From Eledone cirrhosa (lineage: Eukaryota), in the NCBI GenBank assembly GCA_964016885.1, contig OZ024744.1:28644001-28708000 (forward strand): DNA of 64,000 bases, in the 5' to 3' direction. Of this stretch, positions 53,730 to 64,000 are shown one piece after another; within the stretch, counting starts at the first letter, position 1, and each line of letters begins with the position of its first letter. The notes under the pieces were generated by a model. The model was not told the origin of the DNA. It made no database searches and saw nothing but the letters and a program-made list of their open reading frames with translations. Both the position numbers and the translations under genes were made by a program.

Positions 53730-53893
53730 AGAATCGACCCCAGGACTAGACTCTTACTTTTTTTATCGACATGTAAAGTATGAATGGTAAAGTTGACCTC
53801 GGCGGGATTTGAACTCAGAGAGGAGGGAGCGGGAACGAATGCCACAAAGCGTTCTATCCAATGTTCTAACGACTCTGCTAATTCGCCGCCTCC
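53730..53893 (-). mobile_element. tRNA-derived SINE (octopus-type)
   Basis: Minus: ggcggcgaattagcagagtcgttagaac...ctgagttcaaatcccgccgaggtcaacttt...gtcgataaaa. Confidence 0.75.
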
Positions 53894-54403
53894 ATCTCCA
53901 TGACTGTATGACATGTAACTATCATAATTCTAATGAAATCTCTGTGTTGGAATTAATTAATGAAGAATTTGAAGGGATTAATTTGAAAGAGTTTGATTTA
54001 AATAGGAACCCTTTAGAATCAGTAGTTTTGTTCTATTTAAGTAGAGTACAGTTTTGCGGTTATGACCTGGTTGATTTCAAAAACTGTTAATAAGGTTAGG
54101 TTGTTGTTGTTGTTTTTTAAAACAATAAAATAGAGAAAAAAAGAGTTAATAACAAAAACAAAAACATATGTGAATTATGGCGGGGAAAAAGTTTAATGTG
54201 GTTAAGTAATTAGATATATTTTTTAAAATTGAAATAGGGGTCAGAGTGAAATGGCGAGGGATAAGTGAAGTCCCAGATTGCAATACACTTCACCCTTCCC
54301 CCCCCCCCCGCCACCGCAAATATATTAATCCATTTGGTGCCTAAATTATTATAGCCTGGAGCTAAAATATTCTGGAGATATCTTTAAACAACATAAATAT
54401 TAC

Positions 54404-54423
54404 AGTAGTAGTAGTAGTAGTAC

Positions 54424-54469
<46 letters not shown>

Positions 54470-54580
54470 GGTGGTGGTGGTGGTGGTGGTGGTGGTGGTG
54501 GTGGTGGTGGTGGTGGTGGTGGTAGTAGTAGTAGTGGTGGTGGTGGTGGTGGTGGTGGTGGTGGTGGTGGTAGTAGTAGT

Positions 54581-54626
<46 letters not shown>

Positions 54627-54663
54627 TGCAGTAGTAGTTGTAGTAGTAGTAGTAGTGGTGTTG

Positions 54664-54714
<51 letters not shown>

Positions 54715-54809
54715 TTGGTAGTAGTAGTAGTAGTAGTAGTAGTAGTCGTCGTAGTGGTATTAGTAGTGGTAGTGGTAGTTGTAGTAACAGTAGTAGTAGT
54801 AGTGGTGGT

Positions 54810-54883
<74 letters not shown>

Positions 54884-54932
54884 CGTGGTGGTGGTGGTGA
54901 TGGTGGTGGTGGTGGTGGTGGTGGTGATGGTG

Positions 54933-54995
<63 letters not shown>

Positions 54996-55075
54996 CTTGT
55001 AGTAGTAGTAGTAGTGGTGTTGGTGGTGGTGGTGGTGGTAGTATTATTAATATTATTATTATTATTATTATTATT
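54404..55075. repeat. Compound trinucleotide tract (GTA)n/(GTG)n ending in (TTA)n
   Basis: Direct. Confidence 0.95.
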
Positions 55076-55288
55076 GAATGCCATGGTTGACGGAGGCTCG
55101 GCTCTGTAAGGTATAGTAATTTTTAACCGTTAAAACAATTGTAAATTGTTTAAAACTTGAACCAAATTGTTGATAAAGACACCCTCCTCCTCGTGAGAGG
55201 GGTCTTTCTGTCCGTTATTTGGCCCTTCGGGGTTAAATAACCAGTTATTGGGGTTTTGTACCCAAAATTTCATTTTAAACAAAAAAAC

Positions 55289-57382
55289 ATGGCTACCAAA
55301 AAGAAATTTCATACGTCACTCCCACTCATTCCGTCTTCTTCTTCCTCAATCATCACTACAGCAGAGAGAAGATTGTCTCTCTCCCTCCCTTCTTTAAATG
55401 TGTCTCTCTCCCTCCCTTCTCTTTCGCAAGCGACGAAAGAAAAGAAAAGTCTCGTGCAAAGCGTGCAAGGTTTCTCCACGACGACGACGACAGCGACGAA
55501 ACAGGTGTGCGGGAAATACGAAAACCCAGTTCATTCGTCTGACGTCAGGAATAATAGCAGTAGCAGCCGTAATAACAACAGCAACAGTGACAATGAAAAC
55601 AACAGTAGCAGCCGCAACAGCATCACCAGCAGCATAAACAACAACAGCATTAGCAGCAGCAACACCAACAACAACCACAGCAACAGCGGCGGAGGCAGTA
55701 GTCGTAGTACCTGCAGCAACAAAAGTACCAGCAGCTCTGACGACAACAACAACAGCAGAGAAAAACCAATCTCATTTGCAGGTATTGCGAAAAACTTGGA
55801 AACAATCCTCATAACAAATGAGGAATTAGAGGAAGCGAAGAAGATGGTGACAAAGAACGGACACCGAGCAATCTGCAAGGCAGCGAAAAATTTTTTCGAA
55901 ACCCAAGAGCACTGTACGGTCACGTACCGTACAGTAAGTACAAAATCCCGTAGGGTGGAAAGAGCCACAGAGGCCCAAATACAAAAAGCCTTGGGGTCTG
56001 TGTGGCAGAGGAAAACGCACATCACCCGAGGCAAAAAATACGCCACCGTAGACGTACTTTTTGCCACACCCCAGGAGGCAAAGGCCCAATCAGTAGTGAC
56101 CCTAAGGAGCGAGGAAATGGTGTTGGTGCCCTCCTACTGCGGGCAAAAAATTGTGAGGGTCAAACTGACCCACGTCCCCCCCGGAATGACCCCTTCTTGG
56201 CTGGCCGCGTCTGTCCTCGTCGGAATCGAGGACAAAACAACTGTACTGCAAGTACAGAAAAAAGTAAGAGAAGATTGGGTCGGCTCCTCCATTGAGATGC
56301 TAATCCAAACTAACCAGGAGTGCATCGAAGCTATCCCGGATGTGATAGACTTCGATAACGGCACTCAACTGCCCATAAGTGTTGAGGGCAAACGCCCGAA
56401 ATGCTTTCGCTGTGGATCGAAGACTCACCTCAGGGCCTTCTGCAACGAGAAGACCCTGAGAAAGGAGAAAACCCCCCTCCTTCCGAATCCGGCTCCACGG
56501 CTACCAGCAACAGGACAAGCGGCAACCAGGAACGATAGGTCCGTGGCACCCATACCCACTCCACGGAAATCAAAGACAGCAGCAGCAGTGGAAATATTAA
56601 CAACAACAACAGCAATACCAAATGCAGCTGCAACAGAGACTCCAGTGCAAACATCACCAACAACAACAAGTGAAAGAGTGGAGCTGGTACCCCTCCCCGA
56701 CCTTACAGAATCAGACATGGAGTGTGAGGTGGGAGAGGGATGGCAAAAGGTCGCAAGAAGGCACAAACGCAGAAGCAGCGCATCGTCGCCTTTGAAAAGG
56801 GAGGAAAGAAATGAGAAAAGGGTAAAGTCTACTGCAAAGAGACCCACAGCAGCAACACCACCAACACCATCACCACCCACACCAGCACCACCATCACCAC
56901 CGGCGACAACCCCACCGCCAACAACACCTTCAACACCACCACCACAAGCACCAACATCGCAAACACAACAACAAAACACACACACCCAGCAACAACGACA
57001 AGAAAATAGCAGAACCACACCCCACCCCCAGAAAAACAAATGCACGGCAATAAACACACACAACAAGAAACTAATGACTTACATAATTGAACACACAGAC
57101 ATTTCACAACAGGACTACATAATACCAGCACCAATCAAAACGCCAACTAACATAAGACTGCTAAAAATAGCACAGAAACAATACACAAACATTAAAACGA
57201 AATTCCCCAACGCAGTTGGTGATTTCAGGGACCTAGGAGGAACCATCAATCGAAGAGTATATTCAGACATTCTCTTAGAAGAGCCGACGACCAGCCGAAG
57301 GGACGATTCAACGGTCCCTTCACCAGACGATCAAGTGAAAAGGGATGTAAAAACCATCCCTCCTCTACCAAAAGTACGGTAA
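55289..57382 (+). CDS. Tx1 ORF1 gag-like nucleic-acid-binding protein
   Basis: Open frame from first ATG (MATKKK); CCHC knuckle CFRCGSKTHLRAFC; GWQKV.RR motif; Pro/Thr-rich tail. Confidence 0.85.
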   Translation: MATKKKFHTSLPLIPSSSSSIITTAERRLSLSLPSLNVSLSLPSLSQATKEKKSLVQSVQGFSTTTTTATKQVCGKYENPVHSSDVRNNSSSSRNNNSNSDNENNSSSRNSITSSINNNSISSSNTNNNHSNSGGGSSRSTCSNKSTSSSDDNNNSREKPISFAGIAKNLETILITNEELEEAKKMVTKNGHRAICKAAKNFFETQEHCTVTYRTVSTKSRRVERATEAQIQKALGSVWQRKTHITRGKKYATVDVLFATPQEAKAQSVVTLRSEEMVLVPSYCGQKIVRVKLTHVPPGMTPSWLAASVLVGIEDKTTVLQVQKKVREDWVGSSIEMLIQTNQECIEAIPDVIDFDNGTQLPISVEGKRPKCFRCGSKTHLRAFCNEKTLRKEKTPLLPNPAPRLPATGQAATRNDRSVAPIPTPRKSKTAAAVEILTTTTAIPNAAATETPVQTSPTTTSERVELVPLPDLTESDMECEVGEGWQKVARRHKRRSSASSPLKREERNEKRVKSTAKRPTAATPPTPSPPTPAPPSPPATTPPPTTPSTPPPQAPTSQTQQQNTHTQQQRQENSRTTPHPQKNKCTAINTHNKKLMTYIIEHTDISQQDYIIPAPIKTPTNIRLLKIAQKQYTNIKTKFPNAVGDFRDLGGTINRRVYSDILLEEPTTSRRDDSTVPSPDDQVKRDVKTIPPLPKVR

Positions 57383-57416
57383 GTGGTCTTTCCCATCTTT
57401 TCCACTCTATTTAAAC

Positions 57417-60400
57417 ATGACCTCACTCAGAATAGGCAGCATAAATGCGCGTGGCTTGGGGTCGTCATGGAAGCAGGGTCACCTGCTCAACGACCTCAGG
57501 TCACTAAACATAGATGTAGTGGCCATCAGCGAGACCAGAATCTCCGAAGCACGGGCCTTCGCACCGATCTTCGGCGGCTACGATGTGTACGCATCTCCCA
57601 GCCGTCCTGGATCGGGTGGAGGAGTTGCTGTGCTTTTTCGGAGAGGTTTGGATCTCGCCATACGGGCCATCTTCCTGGACCCAGAGGGTAAGCTGGTGGT
57701 GCTGGACGTGACCAGCGGAGACGGGCAAGCTTTCAGGCTAGTGGCCGTCTATGCCCCGACAGGAGCAGGGCGGCCTGATTTCTTCCGGCGTCTGGAGAAC
57801 TTTCTTGGAACGTCCCGCTCTTTAGTGTTAGTGGGCGACTGGAACGGGATCTTAGATGCACGCTGGGACTGTGTGGGATTAGCGGATAGGGGTGGAGGGT
57901 GCAAGAGCCTCACCAACCTGCTCAGGCGTTTTGAACTGTCTGACAGGTACCGATTGGATTTCCCGAATGTGCCAATGTGGACTTGGACAAACCGCATAGG
58001 GTCATCCAGATCATATCTAGATAGAGTATTTTGTAGGGAAATAGATAGGTCTAGCATAGGCTGTCCACAATTCAAGATAGTCAGCTACACGGACCACAAA
58101 TTCGTGACCTGTGTGCTTGACTTAGATAGGCTTCATAGACGAGGACCCGGCTACTGGAAGCTAAACGCGTCCTTACCAGCGCGCAAGGCCTACAGAGACC
58201 GGATTAGCGAACTAGTTAAGCGGGCGTTGACGGGGGCCATCGTCAACAACAAGTGGTGGTTTGCTCTGAAAAGAGCGATTAGAATAGAATCGATTAGGTT
58301 TAGTAAGGCTTTAGCAATAGAGAAAAATAGAGCAGAGGGAGAACTAGTTAGAAAATTAGACGAGGCGCTTAGCAAAGGCATTGCGACCGACGTGCTTGCG
58401 GCGAAATTGGCCCTTGACCAATTCTTCAATGCAAAGCACGAAGGCTGCGTTGTCAGAGCTAGGGTGCGTGCTCTCAGACACGAGGGGACGAAAGCCGTTC
58501 AATGGGCCCGAGTGGCGGAGGCGCGTCGTGGCAACAAAGCCACGATCCGGTCTTTGGTGGACCACGACGGGCGCATGCTACTCGATCCCGGGCAAATGTG
58601 TGAAGCTTTTCAGGGACACTTCGCTCAGCTGTTCGGGGGCAGCGGGGGGCCGGGTAGAGGGATGGACTTTAGTGTCTACCTCGACGGACTGCCGCGGCTC
58701 TCGGCCACTGAGGCGAGGTGTTGCGAAAAGCCGATAACAGCCGCTGAAGTACGGGAGGCAATGACTGGCTGCACAAGGGGTAAATCGCCTGGTTTGGATG
58801 GTCTGCCCTATGAACTTTACGTACAGATGCCAGACTTGTTCGGAGGCCTCTTGGCGGACGTCTACTGCAACTGGCAACAGAACGGGAGAATTCCCAGTTC
58901 TGTGAGCCGAGGAGCGGTGGCACTGCTGAGAAAGGATCCGAACAAGGGGGATAACATAGACAATTTCCGGCCCATAACTCTGCTAAACACAGAGTTTAAG
59001 ATTTTGGCCAAGGTGCTAGCAAAGAGGTTGGCGCTTGTCGTTGGTGGTCTGGTGGGAGAGGCGCAGACATGCGCCATTCCCGACAGATCCATCCACGACA
59101 ACCTCCACCTCATGCGATACATCGTAGAGAGGGTAGCTAGGGAACCTGGCACGGGTGGGTCCTTGATCAATTTAGATCAGTCGAAAGCTTTCGATAGGGT
59201 CGACCATCGTTACCTAGCGGCAGTCCTGAGGGCGGCTGGCTTTGGGCCCGTCTTCAGAGGCTGGATCGCTGCCATGCACAGCGACATCTGCTCTGTAGTG
59301 AGAGTGAACGGTCACCTGTCGGAACCGTTCAACATCATGCGCTCGGTCCGCCAAGGATGTCCCCTCTCGTCCCTCTTGTACGTATTGACTCTCGAGCCAT
59401 TACTGCACAAACTGGAGACGTTGAGGGGAGTCCCGCGCGAACTAGGATGCGGAAGATCCGTGTCAGCATATGCGGACGATGTCACCGTAGTGGTGTCGAA
59501 CGGCAAACACATCGAGGCGATCGGCACTACACTAAGAGAATACGAAGCGGTGACAGGGGCAATGATCAACCAGGAAAAGTCAGTGGGCCTGCAGCTCGGC
59601 ACCTGGAGAGGCAGGTCCATGCCGTCCAACAGCGTCGTCGGGCGCTGGACGGACGGACCGGTTAAATTGCTAGGGGTCTGGTTCGGTCCGGACCTCCAGA
59701 CGGACAAAAACTGGGACGAGGTGACGAGCAGGGTGGCTTCTCTCACCCAGAAATGGGCGGAGAGGAAGCTATCCCTGAAAGGTCGAGCGGAGGTGGCTAA
59801 CGCGTACATCGCGTCTGTCATCTGCTACCGCCTAACCGTCGTACCTTGTCCTAAGCCTCGCCTGACTGCGCTGGAGCGTTTGCTCTTTCGCTTTTTGTGG
59901 AAGGGACGTGCTCCGATGGTCAGGCGGTCCATCTGTTGTCAACACCCGCTACGTGGAGGGCTGGGCATGCCGTGGCTGATGATGCGCAGGCACGCGCTCA
60001 GGCTACGACATCTCCACCTCTTCCTCGACGGTGATCAGGTGTGGTCGCTGTTTGCTAGGCGCGTTTTTCCCCAGCTCGTTTCCTTGACGGAGCTGCAGTC
60101 CTGGGTCAAGCGAAGACCGAGAGGGAGCGCCTGGAGACTGGAATGTCTTCAGGCGCTCACAGCCCTCGACCAATCGGGCAATGTGATCGGTGGAAACTCC
60201 ACCTCGGCGTTCTATAGAGGATTAGTGGAGGGGAAGAGCGACGACGTACTTGGGGAAACTCTAGGCGTCGACGAAAATCAACTAGCCAATCTCTTCGGAA
60301 GAACTTTCGGGCCAGGGCCTATGGATAACTTCCAGAAATCTCTGGCCTGGCAGTGCTACCGAGGAGCCTTGCCAGTTCGGGATAAACTCTACAGGCATGG

Positions 60401-60836
60401 AGGTGCCGTCAGCCGGGCATGTCCGAGATGCGCGCAGGGCGACGAAACCGTCCTGCACGCACTCGTCCAGTGTCCGAAAATTGCTGACTTGTGGGTTTAT
60501 GTCGAACACCTGCTGTCGCGTTTAGGACGGATCCAGCTATCATCTGAGTCTATCGTGAGGATTGTCCCGTGCTCCTCCTTTAGCCGGGAAGGGCAGGCAG
60601 TTTTTATCTGTCTGGTGGCCATGGCGAAAGAGATAGTATGGTGGACACGTTTGAAAGGGCTGAAGACGAGCACTTACCTCTTCGGTGATGCTCTGATTGA
60701 CTTTTTCAAATTTCATTTGAAAAGGAAAATCAGAGTAGAGAAGGAAGTGCTCTCTTCCCAGCATTTTGTTGAAAGATGGGTGAGAGAAGCAAGAATGGCC
60801 CGAGTGAATGGGCCGACTCTGAGTATATATCTGTAA
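57417..60836 (+). CDS. Tx1 ORF2: APE endonuclease, reverse transcriptase and C-terminal zinc finger, 1139 aa, intact
   Basis: SINARGL, SETR, VYAP, GDWN, LDR, TDH; GYWKLN; KSPGLDG, FRPITLLN, DQSKAFD, RQGCPLS, YADD; CPRC..ETVLHALVQC. Confidence 0.95.
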   Translation: MTSLRIGSINARGLGSSWKQGHLLNDLRSLNIDVVAISETRISEARAFAPIFGGYDVYASPSRPGSGGGVAVLFRRGLDLAIRAIFLDPEGKLVVLDVTSGDGQAFRLVAVYAPTGAGRPDFFRRLENFLGTSRSLVLVGDWNGILDARWDCVGLADRGGGCKSLTNLLRRFELSDRYRLDFPNVPMWTWTNRIGSSRSYLDRVFCREIDRSSIGCPQFKIVSYTDHKFVTCVLDLDRLHRRGPGYWKLNASLPARKAYRDRISELVKRALTGAIVNNKWWFALKRAIRIESIRFSKALAIEKNRAEGELVRKLDEALSKGIATDVLAAKLALDQFFNAKHEGCVVRARVRALRHEGTKAVQWARVAEARRGNKATIRSLVDHDGRMLLDPGQMCEAFQGHFAQLFGGSGGPGRGMDFSVYLDGLPRLSATEARCCEKPITAAEVREAMTGCTRGKSPGLDGLPYELYVQMPDLFGGLLADVYCNWQQNGRIPSSVSRGAVALLRKDPNKGDNIDNFRPITLLNTEFKILAKVLAKRLALVVGGLVGEAQTCAIPDRSIHDNLHLMRYIVERVAREPGTGGSLINLDQSKAFDRVDHRYLAAVLRAAGFGPVFRGWIAAMHSDICSVVRVNGHLSEPFNIMRSVRQGCPLSSLLYVLTLEPLLHKLETLRGVPRELGCGRSVSAYADDVTVVVSNGKHIEAIGTTLREYEAVTGAMINQEKSVGLQLGTWRGRSMPSNSVVGRWTDGPVKLLGVWFGPDLQTDKNWDEVTSRVASLTQKWAERKLSLKGRAEVANAYIASVICYRLTVVPCPKPRLTALERLLFRFLWKGRAPMVRRSICCQHPLRGGLGMPWLMMRRHALRLRHLHLFLDGDQVWSLFARRVFPQLVSLTELQSWVKRRPRGSAWRLECLQALTALDQSGNVIGGNSTSAFYRGLVEGKSDDVLGETLGVDENQLANLFGRTFGPGPMDNFQKSLAWQCYRGALPVRDKLYRHGGAVSRACPRCAQGDETVLHALVQCPKIADLWVYVEHLLSRLGRIQLSSESIVRIVPCSSFSREGQAVFICLVAMAKEIVWWTRLKGLKTSTYLFGDALIDFFKFHLKRKIRVEKEVLSSQHFVERWVREARMARVNGPTLSIYL

Positions 60837-61326
60837 ACTAAAGGTGGAAAACTGGGAGAGGGCACTTGCCTTGGTGGTCAGGGTCATTGTGGCTTTTTAC
60901 TGGGCTTTCTCCACAAATGTCCCTCCGAAGTCTCCCCCCTATTGGGGAATTTTTCATTGTTATTTTCATTGTTATTTTTGTTACATCCTCTGTTTTTGTT
61001 TTTTTACACGCAGAAATGCCCATTTGTACCGTCCTGCATTGTCCTGCACTGTCCTTAATGTCTACTTTATGTAAACCCTTGTGGTTAATAAAGAAATCAT
61101 TATTATTATTGAATGCCATGGTTGACGGAGGCTCGGCTCTGTAAGGTATAGTAATTTTTAACCGTTAAAACAATTGTAAATTGTTTAAAACTTGAACCAA
61201 ATTGTTGATAAAGACACCCTCCTCCTCGTGAGAGGGGTCTTTCTGTCCGTTATTTGGCCCTTCGGGGTTAAATAACCAGTTATTGGGGTTTTGTACCCAA
61301 AATTTCATTTTAAACAAAAAAACAAC

Positions 61327-63424
61327 ATGGCTACGAAAAAGAAATTTCATACGTCACTCCCACTCATTCCGTCTTCTTCTTCCTCAATCATCACTACAGC
61401 AGAGAGAAGATTGTCTCTCTCCCTCCCTTCTTTAAATGTGTCTCTCTCCCTCCCTTCTCTTTCGCAAGTGACGAAAGAAAAGAAAAGTCTCGTGCAAAGC
61501 GTGCAAGGTTTCTCCACGACGACGACGACAGCGACGAAACAGGTGTGCGGGAAATACGAAAACCCAGTTCATTCGTCTGACGTCAGGAATAATAGCAGTA
61601 GCAGCCGTAATAACAACAGCAACAGTGACAATGAAAACAACAGTAGCAGCCGCAACAGCATCACCAGCAGTATAAACAACAACAGCATTAGCAACAGCAA
61701 CACCAACAACAACCACAGCAACAGCGGCGGAGGCAGTAGTCGTAGTACCTGCAGCAACAACAAAAGTACCAGCAGCTCTGACGACAACAACAACAGCAGA
61801 GAAAAACCAATCTCATTTGCAGGTATTGCGAAAAACTTGGAAACAATCCTCATAACAAATGAGGAATTAGAGGAAGCGAAGAAGATGGTGACAAAGAACG
61901 GACACCGAGCAATCTGCAAGGCAGCGAAAAATTTTTTTCGAAACCCAAGAGCACTGTACGGTCACGTACCGTACAGTAAGTACAAAATCCCGTAGGGTGA
62001 AAAGAGCCACAGAGGCCCAAATACAAAAAGCCTTGGGGTCTGTGTGGCAGAGGAAAACGCACATCACCCGAGGCAAAAAATACGCCACCGTAGACGTACT
62101 TTTTGCCACACCCCAGGAGGCAAAGGCCCAATCAGTAGTGACCCTAAGGAGCGAGGAAATGGTGTTGGTGCCCTCCTACTGCGGGCAAAAAATTGTGAGG
62201 GTCAAACTGACCCACGTCCCCCCCGGAATGACCCCTTCTTGGCTGGCCGCGTCTGTCCTCGTCGGAATCGAGGACAAAACAACTGTACTGCAAGTACAGA
62301 AAAAAGTAAGAGAAGATTGGGTCGGCTCCTCCATTGAGATGCTAATCCAAACCAACCAGGAGTGCATCGAAGCTATCCCGGATGTGATAGACTTCGATAA
62401 CGGCACTCAACTGCCCATAAGTGTTGAGGGCAAACGCCCGAAATGCTTTCGCTGTGGATCGAAGACTCACCTCAGGGCCTTCTGCAACGAGAAGACCCTG
62501 AGAAAGGAGAAAACCCCCCTCCTTCCGAATCCGGCTCCACGGCTACCAGCAACAGGACAAGCGGCAACCAGGAACGATAGGTCCGTGGCACCCATACCCA
62601 CTCCACGGAAATCAAAGACAGCAGCAGCAGTGGAAATATTAACAACAACAACAGCAATACCAAATGCAGCTGCAACAGAGACTCCAGTGCAAACATCACC
62701 AACAACAACAAGTGAAAGAGTGGAACTGGTACCCCTCCCCGACCTTACAGAATCAGACATGGAGTGTGAGGTGGGAGAGGGATGGCAAAAGGTCGCAAGA
62801 AGGCACAAACGCAGAAGCAGCGCATCGTCGCCTTTGAAAAGGGAGGAAAGAAATGAGAAAAGGGTAAAGTCTACTGCAAAGAGACCCACAGCAGCAACAC
62901 CACCAACACCATCACCACCCACACCAGCACCACCATCACCACCGGCGACAACCCCACCGCCAACAACACCTTCAACACCACCACCACAAGCACCAACATC
63001 GCAAACACAACAACAAAACACACACACCCAGCAACAACGACAACAAAATAGCAGAACCACACCCCACCCCCAGAAAAACAAATGCACGGCAATAAACACA
63101 CACAACAAGAAACTAATGACTTACATAATTGAACACACAGACATTTCACAACAGGACTACATAATACCAGCACCAATCAAAACGCCAACTAACATAAGAC
63201 TGCTAAAAATAGCACAGAAACAATACACAAACATTAAAACGAAATTCCCCAACGCAGTTGGTGATTTCAGGGACCTAGGAGGAACCATCGATCGAAGAGT
63301 ATATTCAGACATTCTCTTAGAAGACCCGACGACCAGCCGAAGGGACGATTCAACGGTCCCTTCACCAGACGATCAAGTGAAAAGGGATGTAAAAACCATC
63401 CCTCCTCTACCAAAAGTACGGTAA
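61327..63424 (+). pseudogene. Tx1 ORF1 copy 2 with +1 frameshift
   Basis: T7 at 61932-61938 versus T6 in copy 1 splits the ORF; could be a homopolymer sequencing error. Confidence 0.75.
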
Positions 63425-63459
63425 GTGGTCTTTCCCATCTTTTCCACTCTATTTTAAAC

Positions 63460-64000
63460 ATGACCTCACTCAGAATAGGCAGCATAAATGCGCGTGGCTT
63501 GGGGTCGTCATGGAAGCAGGGTCACTTGCTCAACGACCTCAGGTCACTAAACATAGATGTAGTGGCCATCAGCGAGACCAGAATCTCCGAAGCACGGGCC
63601 TTCGCACCGATCTTCGGCGGCTACGATGTGTACGCATCTCCCAGCCGTCCTGGATCGGGTGGAGGAGTTGCTGTGCTTTTTCGGAGAGGTTTGGATCTCG
63701 CCATACGGGCCATCTTCCTGGACCCAGAGGGAAAGCTGGTGGTGCTGGACGTGACCAGCGGAGACGGGCAAGCTTTCAGGCTAGTGGCCGTCTATGCCCC
63801 GACAGGAGCAGGGCGGCCTGATTTCTTCCGGCGTCTGGAGACCTTTCTTGGAACGTCCCGCTCTTTAGTGTTAGTGGGCGACTGGAACGGGATCTTAGAT
63901 GCACGCTGGGACTGTGTGGGATTAGCGGATAGGGGTGGAGGGTGCAAGAGCCTCACCAACCTGCTCAGGCGTTTTGAACTGTCTGACAGGTACCGATTGG
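63460..64000 (+). CDS. Tx1 ORF2 copy 2, N-terminal APE domain (partial)
   Basis: MTSLRIGSINARGL..., open to the window edge. Confidence 0.85.
   Translation, partial: MTSLRIGSINARGLGSSWKQGHLLNDLRSLNIDVVAISETRISEARAFAPIFGGYDVYASPSRPGSGGGVAVLFRRGLDLAIRAIFLDPEGKLVVLDVTSGDGQAFRLVAVYAPTGAGRPDFFRRLETFLGTSRSLVLVGDWNGILDARWDCVGLADRGGGCKSLTNLLRRFELSDRYRL

Larger units (their letters stand above)
55076..61110 (+). mobile_element. Full-length Tx1-clade (L1 group) non-LTR retrotransposon, copy 1
   Basis: 5' end GAATGCCATGG follows (TTA)n; ORF1; ORF2; 3' UTR with AATAAA then (ATT)4; unit length 6035 bp. Confidence 0.92.
61111..64000 (+). mobile_element. Tx1 element copy 2, head-to-tail, truncated by window end
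   Basis: Near-identical to 55076 onward. Confidence 0.92.

Noticed and set aside
54362-55109. Poly-Thr or poly-Val/Ser proteins
   Set aside because: Trinucleotide microsatellite translations.
55394-63821. Antisense and alternate-frame ORFs within the Tx1 copies
   Set aside because: Shadows of the main ORFs with no domain motifs.

Overview
Eukaryotic, AT-rich, microsatellite-saturated DNA with no recognisable host gene. The tRNA-derived SINEs resemble those of octopus/coleoid cephalopods (inference). The window is a nest of retroelements. (i) Penelope-like elements (PLEs): Naiad-type at 7.7-10.8, 47.0 and 49.6-53.0 kb, Neptune-type at 28.3-29.8 and 37.9-41.9 kb, plus many short ORF-less derivatives, most sitting in (TA)n tracts. 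(ii) More than a dozen hammerhead-ribozyme (HHR) motifs from about ten sequence families, several with a compensatory U3-A8 core. (iii) A decayed R4/Dong-type RLE retrotransposon ending in (TAA)n. (iv) RTE and CR1-like LINE fragments. (v) A mariner deletion derivative and a Tc2-like MITE carrying a 2.4-kb 15-bp satellite. (vi) From 55,076, a head-to-tail array of a 6,035-bp Tx1-clade LINE whose first copy has intact ORF1 and ORF2. Most short ORFs in the track are microsatellite translations. All alignments and folds were done by eye; boundaries are approximate unless a motif is quoted.
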